Origin: Balanoglossus misakiensis
Taxonomy: Eukaryota; Animalia; Hemichordata
Assembly: GCA_040954595.2 (NCBI GenBank)
Contig: JBECUI020000033.1
Span: 134,659-198,658, forward strand
Direction of reading: 5' to 3'
Length of the DNA: 64,000 nt
Under the pieces are notes generated by a model. It was not told where the DNA came from. It was given only the letters and a program-made list of their open reading frames with translations, and ran no database searches. Each line of letters starts with the position of its first letter. Within the stretch, counting starts at the first letter, position 1. This document shows, one piece after another, positions 19,951 through 30,150 of the stretch. The position numbers and the translations under genes were made by a program.

Positions 19951-22479
19951 CTAGCAAGTAGGTAGGCTAAGTTTTATGAAAGAGGGTAGGGGAGAAGTTT
20001 CATGCCTGGTTGTGTCTTTTCTTTTCCACAATTCCCAGAGTAGTCCCAATCCCCAGCAGGCTCCCATTAAAAGGGGGAACCAATCTCCCCATCTTTGATA
20101 AAGAGTAGGGGGGGCTTCCGGGTCGGGAAGATGTACTTCTCCACTTATCCAGCCAGGTTCGTAGGGTGGGGGTGAGCCTGTTGGATGCGCCCTCCAGCAT
20201 CGGCGATAAGAGTCCATCCTGAACTGGTCGCCCTGACAAGGGGACGGCGGTTCTCGACGGTGCGGAACAGGGCATGAACAGCGTGCTGGTAGCCTTCCTG
20301 AGGAGTAACAGCCCAATAGTCGTTACTCAGATTGACAATCACTTGGGCTCCAGCAGTAACAAATCGGCGTACGTGGTTAGGGAAGACGTCCTCAAAACAG
20401 ATGGGGGTGGAAAAGCGAAATCCCGGCCCCTGGTAGACGGTATGTTCTGTTCCAGGAGTCCACTGGGTGGAGGCAAAGTTTTGCAAGAGAGCATCAATTT
20501 TGGGTAGAGTTTTTTTATAGGGGAAATTTTCGGTAAAGGGGACTAAAAGAATTTTGTAGTAGTAGAATCGGTCTTCTGGGCCTTCACGGCCTGGCATTAG
20601 AAGCATGGAGGCATTTTGTATCCTTTTTATATCTTCTTGATTTTCATCCTTTTCAAAAAAATGGTCCTGGGTACCAGTGACCAAAGCCACCTGCCAGGAT
20701 TCCTGCCAGGAAAAAAGTTTATTGACCAGTTTCCTTCGGTTCCTTTCTTCCATGGAGGGTTGAAGCCAGAATCTGATATCCGGAGGGAAGCCTCCCTCGG
20801 GCCAGGCGATTAGATCTTGGGGCCCCGATGCTAGGGCTTGGTCTGAGAGTCTGATAAGTTCATCAAGACTTTGCTGGTAATCGTGTTTCCTAGGATCAGT
20901 GTTTTGCTGAATAGCGGCGATACGTACCGTCGGGGAGTTTTGTTGATAGCGGTCCAACTTCTTCAGGGCCAGGCTCCCCTGAACCGAGATAAGGACCACA
21001 AGTCCTGCTGTTACGGTCGCAGGAATCCAGTTTCTGAGAGACTTTTGGGTTTTGGGGGTTCTTTTGAAGTATTTTTCTATCCCTACGGTCAATGCTCCTC
21101 CAGACAAGTGGCACATGAAGGTAACTCCCCAGACACCCGAGAAGGAGGCTAGTTGTATGAAAGGGGTAAAAGCATACTGGCTTACTCCCAAGGCTCCCCA
21201 GGGATAGGCAAGAAAACCTAGAGTTCGGGTCCATTCAAAAAAAGTCCACAAGGCTGCTGCCAGAATCCACCATCCAGACCCTCCCCGTGAAGGCTGATTA
21301 GCAGAAGAATAAGAAATGGGGCAAAAATAATCAGGTTTAAAATGGTGGTAAAAGGTAGGGACACGTAGTTAAAGGTTCCCTGCCAGTAGTTGATCAGAAG
21401 AATCTGCAATCCAGTAAAGGTAAAGGCATAGAAAATTCCTTTTCCCGGGTAACTGCGCGTAGGGCCAGATAGAGGGGGACCGTGGCGAACCAGGCTAGAG
21501 GGGCTAGGCCTTGGGACCGCAGAAAACTTGGGGGGGCCAGGGCATACAGTAATGCTGCCAGAGCAATCCAGCCCAGAGCGGGGGCTTCCAGGAGAATCTT
21601 CCTTTTCCCAACGAACCATTCTTTTTTAATCCGGTGGAAAACAGACCTTCCCCACCCATAGAGAGAGAGAAGCTGCAAAGGAAGAAAGCGCAGCATAGCG
21701 ATCTTCCTTTCGGTGCTGGTATCAGCAAGATCTAGCCCCCCGTTGGTCGCTACAAAAAGCTGGACGTAGGGTAAATCACCATTAATGGCATAAATAAAGG
21801 CAAAAAGGTGGAGTAGGGTTCCCACAGAGATAAGGACTTCCAATAAGAAGGATGGGAACTTTCCTTTCAACAGAAAGAGGGCCAGAAGAAGCTCTCCCCC
21901 CAGCCAAAGAAGGTAAAGGTAGTTAGCCAAGGTCATTCCCGCCGAGGATGCAGAAAGAATTTCGGGATAATCAAGAGCTTCTCCAAGTTTGTTTCTGCCT
22001 GCTAGGAAGTTCTCTAGGGTTCCCGTATCATCGCTCCAGCGGCTGCTAATCTCCCCCGATGCCAGGTCGAGAATGTTTAAGGAAACCCTGAATGTACCTT
22101 CCCAATTGCTGATTCTCCCGCGGATAATACTTTCCTGTCCTAATTCTCTACCCAATTCTAGGACTTCATCGGTGGAGAGAATAACGTTATTGAAGATATC
22201 TAGTCGGCTTTGGGTATCTATGTACCAGTTTTCTATGAATGAACGGGGGGAGAGTTTAAAAGCACGGCTGGAACTTATTTCCTGTTCAATTTTCTTTTCC
22301 AGGGCCCTTTTTTGGATTTCATCTAAGGAAGGGGCATAGATGGGCATTAAAACAATCGAAGGCTTGCGAATAAAAGTCCATGGTCCCCAAAAGCTGAGAA
22401 AAATCTCGACCACAACAAGTAGAACTACGAGACCTCCACCAATGTGATAAGTTCGGTGAAGTCTCTGCAAGCTTATCAT
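19951..22479 (-). CDS. lnt: Apolipoprotein N-acyltransferase with large N-terminal extension; three apparent frameshifts (~21420, ~21260, ~20165)
   Basis: Catalytic E-K-C motifs WPEG, YYKILLVPFTE, PICFEDVF, NLSND.W, RTVENRRPLVRA and TLYQRWGDWF; fragments 21394-22479, 21218-21619, 20145-21251 and 19951-20316 are collinear. Confidence 0.85.
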
Positions 22480-22796
22480 GCATGTAAGTATACCTTAGGC
22501 CAGAAGGATGCTCTAGAAAAAAATCTATTCTGGTAATAAGGAAGTAGGTGAGGATTCCTTTGGTAGACAGAATTTCCTTTTAAGTACAGTTCTCTCATAT
22601 AATCCTTAACGAAGAGTGGGAATGAAGATGTGTTAAATTAAGGAATCAAAAATAAAATTTCTGCCGAAACCCAGCGAAAGAATCATGCTCCCATTTATTC
22701 AGGTTCTTTTCGCAGGTTCTCTAGGAAGTTTTGATTGGATTTTTTTAGCTTTTCAAATAATCGGGGTGATAATTCTTTTAACGGTAAATAATTCAA

Positions 22797-22818
22797 ATGA
22801 ACAGAAGAATCTCCTTTT
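22797..22818 (+). repeat. Dispersed motif ATGAACAGAAGAATCTCCTTTT
   Basis: Exact copy in the lnt-tRNA intergenic region. Confidence 0.8.
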
Positions 22819-23084
22819 CTTTTTTCCTCCCCATTTTCCAACCACGGTTCCCTCTATTCTCTAGTCCCACAAACTCATTGAACTATACCCCCCCCTCCTG
22901 GAAATGCAAAAAATACACCAGTTGCTAGACCTCATGTCTTGAAACGGTAACAAAGTTGCTGGCAAACTTTCTATCTAGGGTAAACTCCCGACGGACACTA
23001 AGGTTAACAACAAAAGGATGGGGGGGGGACTACTTTGTCTTATAAATTTAAGAGTAGTCAAGTCTGTTCAGGCATGCTAGTTTT

Positions 23085-23158
23085 TACCCCGAAGCCGATT
23101 CGAACGGCTGACCTACTGCTTAGGAGGCAATTGCTCTATCCATCTGAGCTACCGGGGC
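23085..23158 (-). tRNA. tRNA-Arg(CCT)
   Basis: Reverse complement GCCCCGGTAGCTCAGATGGATAGAGCAATTGCCT-CCT-AAGCAGTAGGTCAGCCGTTCGAATCGGCTTCGGGGTA folds as a cloverleaf with a GTTCGAAT T-loop; CCA not encoded. Confidence 0.95.
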
Positions 23159-23250
23159 ATGCTTTATAGTATTGTTATCTATTTATTTAGGTCAAGGAGG
23201 AAGTAGACAGAAGGAGAAGTTTTGGTCGATGTTGTCCTCTGTCTGTTTTT

Positions 23251-23700
23251 ATGAATTTAAAAAAGATACTGAGTTTAAATACCGTGAAAGTTGGCTTGCC
23301 TGGTAGCAATAAAACAGAAGTCATCCATAATCTAGTGGATATAATTGTTGCTGCAGGTAAGGGGCTGAACCGGGAAATCCTGTTAAAGGCAGTTTTTGAA
23401 CGTGAGGCCCAAATGTCTACGGGAATGAAAAATGCTGTAGCCATTCCCCATGGTAAAACGGATGCCGTGAATACTCTTCATGCAGCTTTTGCGGTTTCTT
23501 CCGAGCCAATAGACTTTCAATCTTTGGATATGAAACCAGCAAGAATTTTCGTGATGACACTCTCTCCCTTATCCAACACGGGGCCACATCTTCAGTTTCT
23601 TGCTGAATTAAGTAGGCTTTTATCGAGTGAAACCTTGCGCGAAAGTGTTCTGGCCGTTCGAAACGAGGCAGAACTGCTTCAAATTCTCTTGAAGCGGTAA
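23251..23700 (+). CDS. PTS EIIA (fructose/Ntr-type) domain protein
   Basis: EREAQMSTGM..AVAIPHG phospho-His motif, DFQSLD..P, HLQFLAELSR. Confidence 0.92.
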   Translation: MNLKKILSLNTVKVGLPGSNKTEVIHNLVDIIVAAGKGLNREILLKAVFEREAQMSTGMKNAVAIPHGKTDAVNTLHAAFAVSSEPIDFQSLDMKPARIFVMTLSPLSNTGPHLQFLAELSRLLSSETLRESVLAVRNEAELLQILLKR

Positions 23701-23709
23701 GAAATCACA

Positions 23710-25354
23710 ATGCATGAAACTATGGATCTTACTCACCTAGTAACTCGCCTGGTGATGCAATTAGCAGTCATTGTCTTGGTGGCTAAAACTTTGGGTTATG
23801 TCTGCTCCCGTTATTTCCGACAACCTTCAGTTCTTGGAGAACTGCTAGCAGGAATGATTATTGGTCCCTACGCACTGGGAGGGATTCCACTGCCCCTGTT
23901 GGGAGGCGAACCGCTATTTCTCATTTCCCAGGGAATGACCTTACCGGTGACTCCAGAGCTCTATGGTTTGCTGCGGTAGCCTCAATCGTGCTCCTTTTTT
24001 TTCTGGATTGGAAACAGACTTGAATGTTTTACTCCGCTTTGCTGGAGTGGGTTTCCTTGTTGGTCTGGGAGGAGTATGTTCCGCTTTTTTTGCAGGAGCC
24101 TTGGTTGCAGTAATTTTTATTCCCGACGTAACAAGCCTTATGGACATACGGGCTATTTTCTTAGGTATTGTGGCCACAGCAACGAGTGTGGGAATAACAG
24201 CAAGAATACTTTCGGAGCGCCGAAAGCTCTCCAGTCCCGAAGGCGTAACTATTCTTTCGGCGGCAGTTTTAGATGATGTGGTGGGGATTATTCTTCTGGC
24301 GCTGCTTACTGGTATCAGCAAGGCTGGTGTTCAGGCTGAAAATGTGGACTGGGGAGGTATAGGGAGAATCGCCATGAAGGCTGTTCTCTTCTGGCTGCTT
24401 ACCACCATTGTGGGAATCTTTATTGCTCCCAAACTTACTCGAGGACTTAAAACTTTTCGTGATTTGGAAACTCTAGTGATGATCACTTTTGGTCTGGCCC
24501 TGTTCATGGCGAGTCTTTCGGAACTGGCTGGACTAGCCATGATCATTGGTGCCTATGTAACAGGATTAGCCCTTTCACGTACCGATGTGGCGGAGGATAT
24601 TCGGAAACGTCTTGATGGTTTGTACTCCTTTATTGTTCCAGTGTTTTTCTGTATTATGGGAATGATGGTCGATTTTACGGCCATCCCGGGGGTTTTGGTT
24701 TTTGGTTTATTCTATGCTGTAGTAGGAATTCTCAGCAAGTTGGTAGGCTGCGGTCTTCCTGCCCTGGCTTTGGGGTTTAACCTTAAGGGAGCTTTAAGGA
24801 TAGGAGCAGGGATGCTTCCGCGGGGAGAGGTGACCTTAATTATGGCAGGGCTTGGGCTTTCCGAGGGTATTATCGGTCCTGGGCTCTTTGGTGTTATTGT
24901 AATGACACTTCTGATATCCAGTATTGTGGCTCCCCCCATGTTGGCAAAAAGTTTTAAGGGGGGAGAGTCGGGATACCGGCGGAGTTTAGAGAAAAAAATT
25001 GATTCAACATTGATTTCTGTTGTTCTTGAGTTTCCATCGGATCGTCTTGCAGCTTTTGTATTAGAAAGATTTATTCTTACCTTTAGAAAAGAGGAATTTT
25101 TCCCTCGAAGGGTTACTCCTGACCCTCCAGTCTATGCTTTGCTGAAGGACCGTATTCAAATAACAATGGCCCGAGAAAAACGTAAAGTCATCATTACCTG
25201 TCCTCCAGATCAGGAAAACTTCATCCGGCTCTTAGTTGCCGAGGAGCTTTTAGCTCTTAAGGAATTGTTCCGTAATGTGGAAGAATTCTCCCGCTCCGGT
25301 GATACAGAGCGCGATATGCTGGGGAAGCTTTTTGGAACGGAAACAACAACATGA
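23710..25354 (+). CDS. Cation:proton antiporter (CPA2/NapA-like) with extra soluble C-terminal domain; one frameshift near 23970-24000
   Basis: QPSVLGELLAGMIIGP, GLETD, ATSVGITARIL, AAVLDDV and MLPRGEV; fragments 23710-23979 and 23963-25354. Confidence 0.88.
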
Positions 25355-25364
25355 GAACAATAAT

Positions 25365-26627
25365 ATGAAAAAACTGAATATTACTGATGAGACATTAAAG
25401 CAGGAACTTCTTCAACGGTTTGTTCGTTATGCTAAAATAAATACAACTTCCAATAGCGTTGAAGCTGCCCACAAAACTCCCTCTACAGAGGGGCAGTGGG
25501 TTCTTTTACGAATGCTGGAAAGGGAATTAAGGGAGCTGGGGGTGGTCGATGTGGAGCTAGACAAGCACGGCTACCTCATTGCCCGCTTGCCTGGGAATCT
25601 ACCTCCAGGAAAGGATGTACCCGTTATTGGTTTTATGGCCCATGTGGATACCAACGAAGATGCTCCGGGAAACAATGTCAAACCTCTGGTTCACAGGAAT
25701 TATAACGGAAAGGCTCTAGTCTTGGGGGAAGGTATCATTCTTGACCCCATGGACTTCCCCGAGCTGAAGCAATATGTGGGAGAAACCATTGTTACCTCCG
25801 ATGGCAGCACTCTTCTGGGAGCCGATGACAAGGCTGGTGTCGCTGAAATCATGACGGCGGTAAAACTTCTTTTGGCAGATCCTGCCCATCCCCGAGGAGA
25901 TGTGGAAGTTATTTTTACTCCTGATGAGGAGACAGGCTATGCGATGAAAAATTTCCCCATCAAAAAACTACGTTCCCGTTACGCTTATACCATGGATGGT
26001 TCCAAGGAAGGCGAGATTGAGATGGAATGCTATTATGCAGCCAAAACCGAAGTAATTTTTCAAGGTTTTTCCATCCATCCAGGTGATGCCAGGGGAAAAC
26101 TGGTCAATGCATCCACCATGGCAGCATTTTTTGTTTCGCTGCTGCCTCGAAGCGAGAGCCCCGAAGCTACCGATGGACGCTATGGCAATTACTGGTGTCA
26201 TTCCATCCAGGGGAAGATAGAATCTGCCGAAGCTCTTATATATACCCGCAGCTTTGACCAGGACGATTTGGAACGTCGATCCCAAACCCTGGAATCCATA
26301 GCTCGATTTGTGGAGGCAGCTTTTCCGGGAGGGAAGGTGTCGTTGAAGCGGGAAATTCAGTATCGGAATATGCGGGAGAAGTTGGAGGTGCAGCCTATTG
26401 TGGTGGAAAAACTACGGGAAGCGGTCCGGCGAACAGGTATAGAGCCCGTGGAAACCCTCATCCGCGGAGGTACCGATGGTTCCCAACTTACGGCCATGGG
26501 TATTCCCACTCCCAATATATTTGCTGGAGGAATGAACTTTCATTGTCGTACCGAGTGGGTTCCTCTACCAGCTATGCTCCGTTCTGTAAAAGTAATTGTT
26601 AATCTTTCGGGAATTTGGGCTGAATGA
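25365..26627 (+). CDS. pepT: Peptidase T (M20)
   Basis: RFVRYAKINT.S, FMAHVDT, LLGADDKAG, FTPDEE, IRGGTDG, NFH; ATG at 25365 chosen. Confidence 0.95.
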   Translation: MKKLNITDETLKQELLQRFVRYAKINTTSNSVEAAHKTPSTEGQWVLLRMLERELRELGVVDVELDKHGYLIARLPGNLPPGKDVPVIGFMAHVDTNEDAPGNNVKPLVHRNYNGKALVLGEGIILDPMDFPELKQYVGETIVTSDGSTLLGADDKAGVAEIMTAVKLLLADPAHPRGDVEVIFTPDEETGYAMKNFPIKKLRSRYAYTMDGSKEGEIEMECYYAAKTEVIFQGFSIHPGDARGKLVNASTMAAFFVSLLPRSESPEATDGRYGNYWCHSIQGKIESAEALIYTRSFDQDDLERRSQTLESIARFVEAAFPGGKVSLKREIQYRNMREKLEVQPIVVEKLREAVRRTGIEPVETLIRGGTDGSQLTAMGIPTPNIFAGGMNFHCRTEWVPLPAMLRSVKVIVNLSGIWAE

Positions 26628-26718
26628 AGTTAGATTTATGTGAGAAAAAACATAATGAGGGATATGATATTAGAAAGATGTAATCTAGGAAGATGTAATC
26701 AATGAAAGTTTTACTCCG

Positions 26719-28644
26719 ATGAAAGATCTGGTGAGTTTTCCGGTTATGCTGATGGTGTTATTTTTTCTTTTCTTCTTTTTTGGGTGTGGTGAGTCTTTTC
26801 CCTCTTTCCCAGGCAATAGGGAAGAAAACCTGGTGACCCTTCCCTCTTCTGGAAGTATTGTTCTTCCAGGAAGCTCTTTGGAAGTAAGCTTGTTTCTTTC
26901 GGAGTGGGAAGTGGAGCGTTTGGTTTTTCGTATGGTGGATCTTAATGAAGGGGTAGTCACTTTAAATGAGCCTAAAGGCATTGTTCCCAACAATTTACTG
27001 TTCCGCAAGCTTGGGAATATTGTAGAAAAAGATTCTGGAGAAGTGGTGATTCTGGTTATACCCGAAGGGCTAAAGGAAGGCATCTGGTTCCTGGAAGCGG
27101 AAGTCTGGGGGGAAGAATACCTTCTGAGTCGGGAACGTTCTCTTCTCTATGTTACGCCTAATTTTTTCAAGATTGATGAAATTGCCTTTTATCCTCCGAA
27201 GGTCCTGCCTCAGGGATTGATCATTTTGGAGTCTCAGACACGCTTTCCTTCAAATGCCGATCCCTACTATCGGTGGTTTATCAACGATAAGCTTATGGCA
27301 GAGGGCAATCATTCCCTTGGGGTCCGGCAGATAGTGGCTGTAGCTCCAGATGTGCCTGGTGTTTATCCTCTAGTATTGGAAATGCGGCCATTTGCTGGGG
27401 GAGAAGCGGAACCAGCCCCACTGGTTTACCGTACAGAAATTTTTGTTACTGAAAAAATTGGCGATATCCCTGGAGAATTAGGCCCTCCGGAATCTTATAG
27501 TTCTCTTTTGCATTTTCGGGGAGATTTTTACAACCATGGAGCTGCCCCCGGGGCTGCCGAAGATCCGAGCATTGAGGGAAACCTTTTACCTGTACTCCAT
27601 TCTGGACTGTTAGGATACCGTTTTGATGGGGCATCCCGACTACAAAATTCTTCATGGGCCCTTCCCTTTGATAAGCAGGGCTGGGAACCTTTTACCATTA
27701 TGGCCCGCGTTCTTCCCGATCCTGACACCTTTGGGAATCTTATGGTAACAGAGGATGGTTCAGGAGCCCGTTTTAATTTAGGCTTCCTTAGGGATGGGGG
27801 GATGGAGGCTTATTTTGAAAACCAGGGAAAAATTTATACTAGTCAGGCTTTCCCTGACGCACTGCTCTCCAGTCCTTACTGGCTTTCCCTTACAGTTCAA
27901 CCTATTTCTTCTGGACTTTCTTTGATCTGGAGAGTCAATGGGGAAAGAATTGGTGAAGATGTTTGGACTTCTCCTCTTCCTCCCCTACCTGTGCTCAGGG
28001 AATCAGCTGTAACCTATCTGGGAGGAAGTCCAGGCGATGTGGGATTTCAAGGATTCTTGGAGGAGTGGGGAATTTTTGTCGTCGACAGTACCGGGCAACC
28101 CTCCTCGTACAAACATATTTACAATTTTGTTCAGCAGACTCAGTGGGGACATCGACTCATCGTTGCCGAGGGCTTTGAAGATGAGCGTGTTAACGAGGAA
28201 GTTATGCTAAGTGGAAATATCCTTGTTGAGGATGACATGCTCTTAATTCCTCCAGGAAACCGCTTGGCCCTTTTCTCTTCTCAGGGAGTAAAAGAGGCCC
28301 ACCGGGTTCTCTTATCACTAAAGGCCGATATTCAAGATGACAGAGGAACTCTTGTTGTCAGGAGTTCCGCTGACGGGGAAGATCTCTCTACTTTTGATAC
28401 TCGGGGCTATGCTACCAGCAAAGCCTACCCTGGCAAATCATGGCCAGTGAATTTTAATGAAAAAGTCATTTTGACTGTTCATAAAGAGGAAGACTATGTT
28501 CTAACCTGGGCAGGAGAAAACAATAGTATAGAACAAACTATAACCATGCCGAATGAGGAAGAAGCAATTTTCTATGAATTCAGGGCTTCCCCTGCTAACA
28601 AGTCCGTATTTCGGATTGATAGTATACTTGTTACCAGGAATTAG
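26719..28644 (+). CDS. Large putative lipoprotein with Ig-like and LamG/ConA-like regions
   Basis: Hydrophobic leader ending FFFGC; YRWFINDK Ig/PKD-like segment; GYRFDG, FTIMARV, YLGG..GFQGFLEE LamG-like pattern. Confidence 0.65.
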   Translation: MKDLVSFPVMLMVLFFLFFFFGCGESFPSFPGNREENLVTLPSSGSIVLPGSSLEVSLFLSEWEVERLVFRMVDLNEGVVTLNEPKGIVPNNLLFRKLGNIVEKDSGEVVILVIPEGLKEGIWFLEAEVWGEEYLLSRERSLLYVTPNFFKIDEIAFYPPKVLPQGLIILESQTRFPSNADPYYRWFINDKLMAEGNHSLGVRQIVAVAPDVPGVYPLVLEMRPFAGGEAEPAPLVYRTEIFVTEKIGDIPGELGPPESYSSLLHFRGDFYNHGAAPGAAEDPSIEGNLLPVLHSGLLGYRFDGASRLQNSSWALPFDKQGWEPFTIMARVLPDPDTFGNLMVTEDGSGARFNLGFLRDGGMEAYFENQGKIYTSQAFPDALLSSPYWLSLTVQPISSGLSLIWRVNGERIGEDVWTSPLPPLPVLRESAVTYLGGSPGDVGFQGFLEEWGIFVVDSTGQPSSYKHIYNFVQQTQWGHRLIVAEGFEDERVNEEVMLSGNILVEDDMLLIPPGNRLALFSSQGVKEAHRVLLSLKADIQDDRGTLVVRSSADGEDLSTFDTRGYATSKAYPGKSWPVNFNEKVILTVHKEEDYVLTWAGENNSIEQTITMPNEEEAIFYEFRASPANKSVFRIDSILVTRN

Positions 28645-28689
28645 ATTTTGTTTCTTAGATAAGGATGATTGGGCAGGACTGAGATAGGG

Positions 28690-30141
28690 ATGAAGGGAAC
28701 AACAAAAATATTCTTGTTATCATTGATGCTTCTAGCTTCCTGTGCTGGTATGCCTAAGTTTTCCGAGGCTCCGCCTGCATGGTGGAACTTCTCATCGGAA
28801 ATTCCAGAGGGCTACAGGAATTTTCGGGGATACGGGAAGGGAGAGAGCTACTATGCTGCGCAGAATACAGCCATCGTAGACCTACTAGATAACATTATCG
28901 ATAGTATGGAACTGGGGGACAAAGAGAACTGGATCCCCTTGGGGGAAAATACAGTACAGGTTTTTCGGGATGCACTGACCCAGGTCTTACTTAGCACGAA
29001 GTTACTCCCTGTAGAATTGGCTGAAGGACTTACCTTGCTCAGAAAGGATAGCTGGTCCAGTGGCAAAAAGGATTATGGAGAGGTCTTGGAAGTAACTTGG
29101 GAGGAGTCGGACTTTCAGAAGCAGCGTTTGTTCTTCTTAAATGAGGTAAATTGGGAATTTCGTAATCTTCAGATTCAAGAATCAAGGGCTTTGGCGGCAC
29201 AGGATGCAGGGGATTATTATGAATCGGCTCTGCTTTGGGCCCAGGCCGCTGGGGTGGCCGGAGAAGTTGGTGATGCTAGCAGAAAGGAGCAGAATCTTGC
29301 TGAGGTAATCAAAGCTCTTGAATCCCTGGAATACGTGGTCGAGGAAGCTCCTGATTCGGTAACGATAGGGTCCTTTTCTGTCGGGACGGTTGTCTTTCGG
29401 GTGCTTTCTGATGGAAAGGGAGTGGGAAATGCCGCCTTTGTGATGGGGTTTCCCAGGCTTAATCGAGACAACTCGGAGGTTCAGGGGGAAGCTCTTGTTT
29501 CCTCTGATAGCGAAGGTTTCGTGGTGTTTACCCTACCCATAGCAGATAGAGTGGGAAGAAAAACCCTTAGCATTGCTCCCAGTGTCCGTCCTTTCCTGGA
29601 TCTTGCTACCATTACCGATGCTGAAGATTTGGAGCAATTTACTGCAGCGATACAAAAAAACCAGGGGACAGTTTTTTATGAGGTTCTTATCCGTAGTCGG
29701 GAGATTAGTACGGGGATCCTTGTTGTGGAAACCGATCTGGCTGGTTACGCTCTGGACTCCCATGCCACCGCCAGGGGAATCCTCGAAGCCCTAACAGAAG
29801 AAGGTTTTGATGTTTCCCTTATGCCTCTTGATCCTGTAGAAATGGCATCACGGAACGACAGGGAGTTTTTGCGTGATTTAAAGGCTGATCAGCAATTCAG
29901 CGAGTTCCGAAGGGTTATTTTTGGTACAGTTGCTTTAGAAGGTTTTGAAGAAGGTAGTGAAGGTTATTCCGTTCAGGCTTCGGGAACTCTTAAACTTGGA
30001 GATATTTCCCGGCAAGTGATTCTTATAGAAAGGGAATTGACAAAGAACAGTCGGGCCACCGATGGCCCCCAGGCAATCATTACTGCCTTCAGACAACTGG
30101 GGCGAGAATTTGCCCAGTTGATCATGGACGAAGTCCCTTGA
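28690..30141 (+). CDS. Putative lipoprotein (LPP20-like N-terminus)
   Basis: Lipobox LLASC, PPAWW, GYGKGESYYAAQNTA. Confidence 0.65.
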   Translation: MKGTTKIFLLSLMLLASCAGMPKFSEAPPAWWNFSSEIPEGYRNFRGYGKGESYYAAQNTAIVDLLDNIIDSMELGDKENWIPLGENTVQVFRDALTQVLLSTKLLPVELAEGLTLLRKDSWSSGKKDYGEVLEVTWEESDFQKQRLFFLNEVNWEFRNLQIQESRALAAQDAGDYYESALLWAQAAGVAGEVGDASRKEQNLAEVIKALESLEYVVEEAPDSVTIGSFSVGTVVFRVLSDGKGVGNAAFVMGFPRLNRDNSEVQGEALVSSDSEGFVVFTLPIADRVGRKTLSIAPSVRPFLDLATITDAEDLEQFTAAIQKNQGTVFYEVLIRSREISTGILVVETDLAGYALDSHATARGILEALTEEGFDVSLMPLDPVEMASRNDREFLRDLKADQQFSEFRRVIFGTVALEGFEEGSEGYSVQASGTLKLGDISRQVILIERELTKNSRATDGPQAIITAFRQLGREFAQLIMDEVP

Positions 30142-30150
30142 GGGTAGCCT

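Noticed and set aside
14400-23158. Genomic island integrated at tRNA-Arg(CCT)
   Set aside because: No duplicate of the tRNA 3' end and no integrase seen; lnt lies between the tRNA and the accessory region
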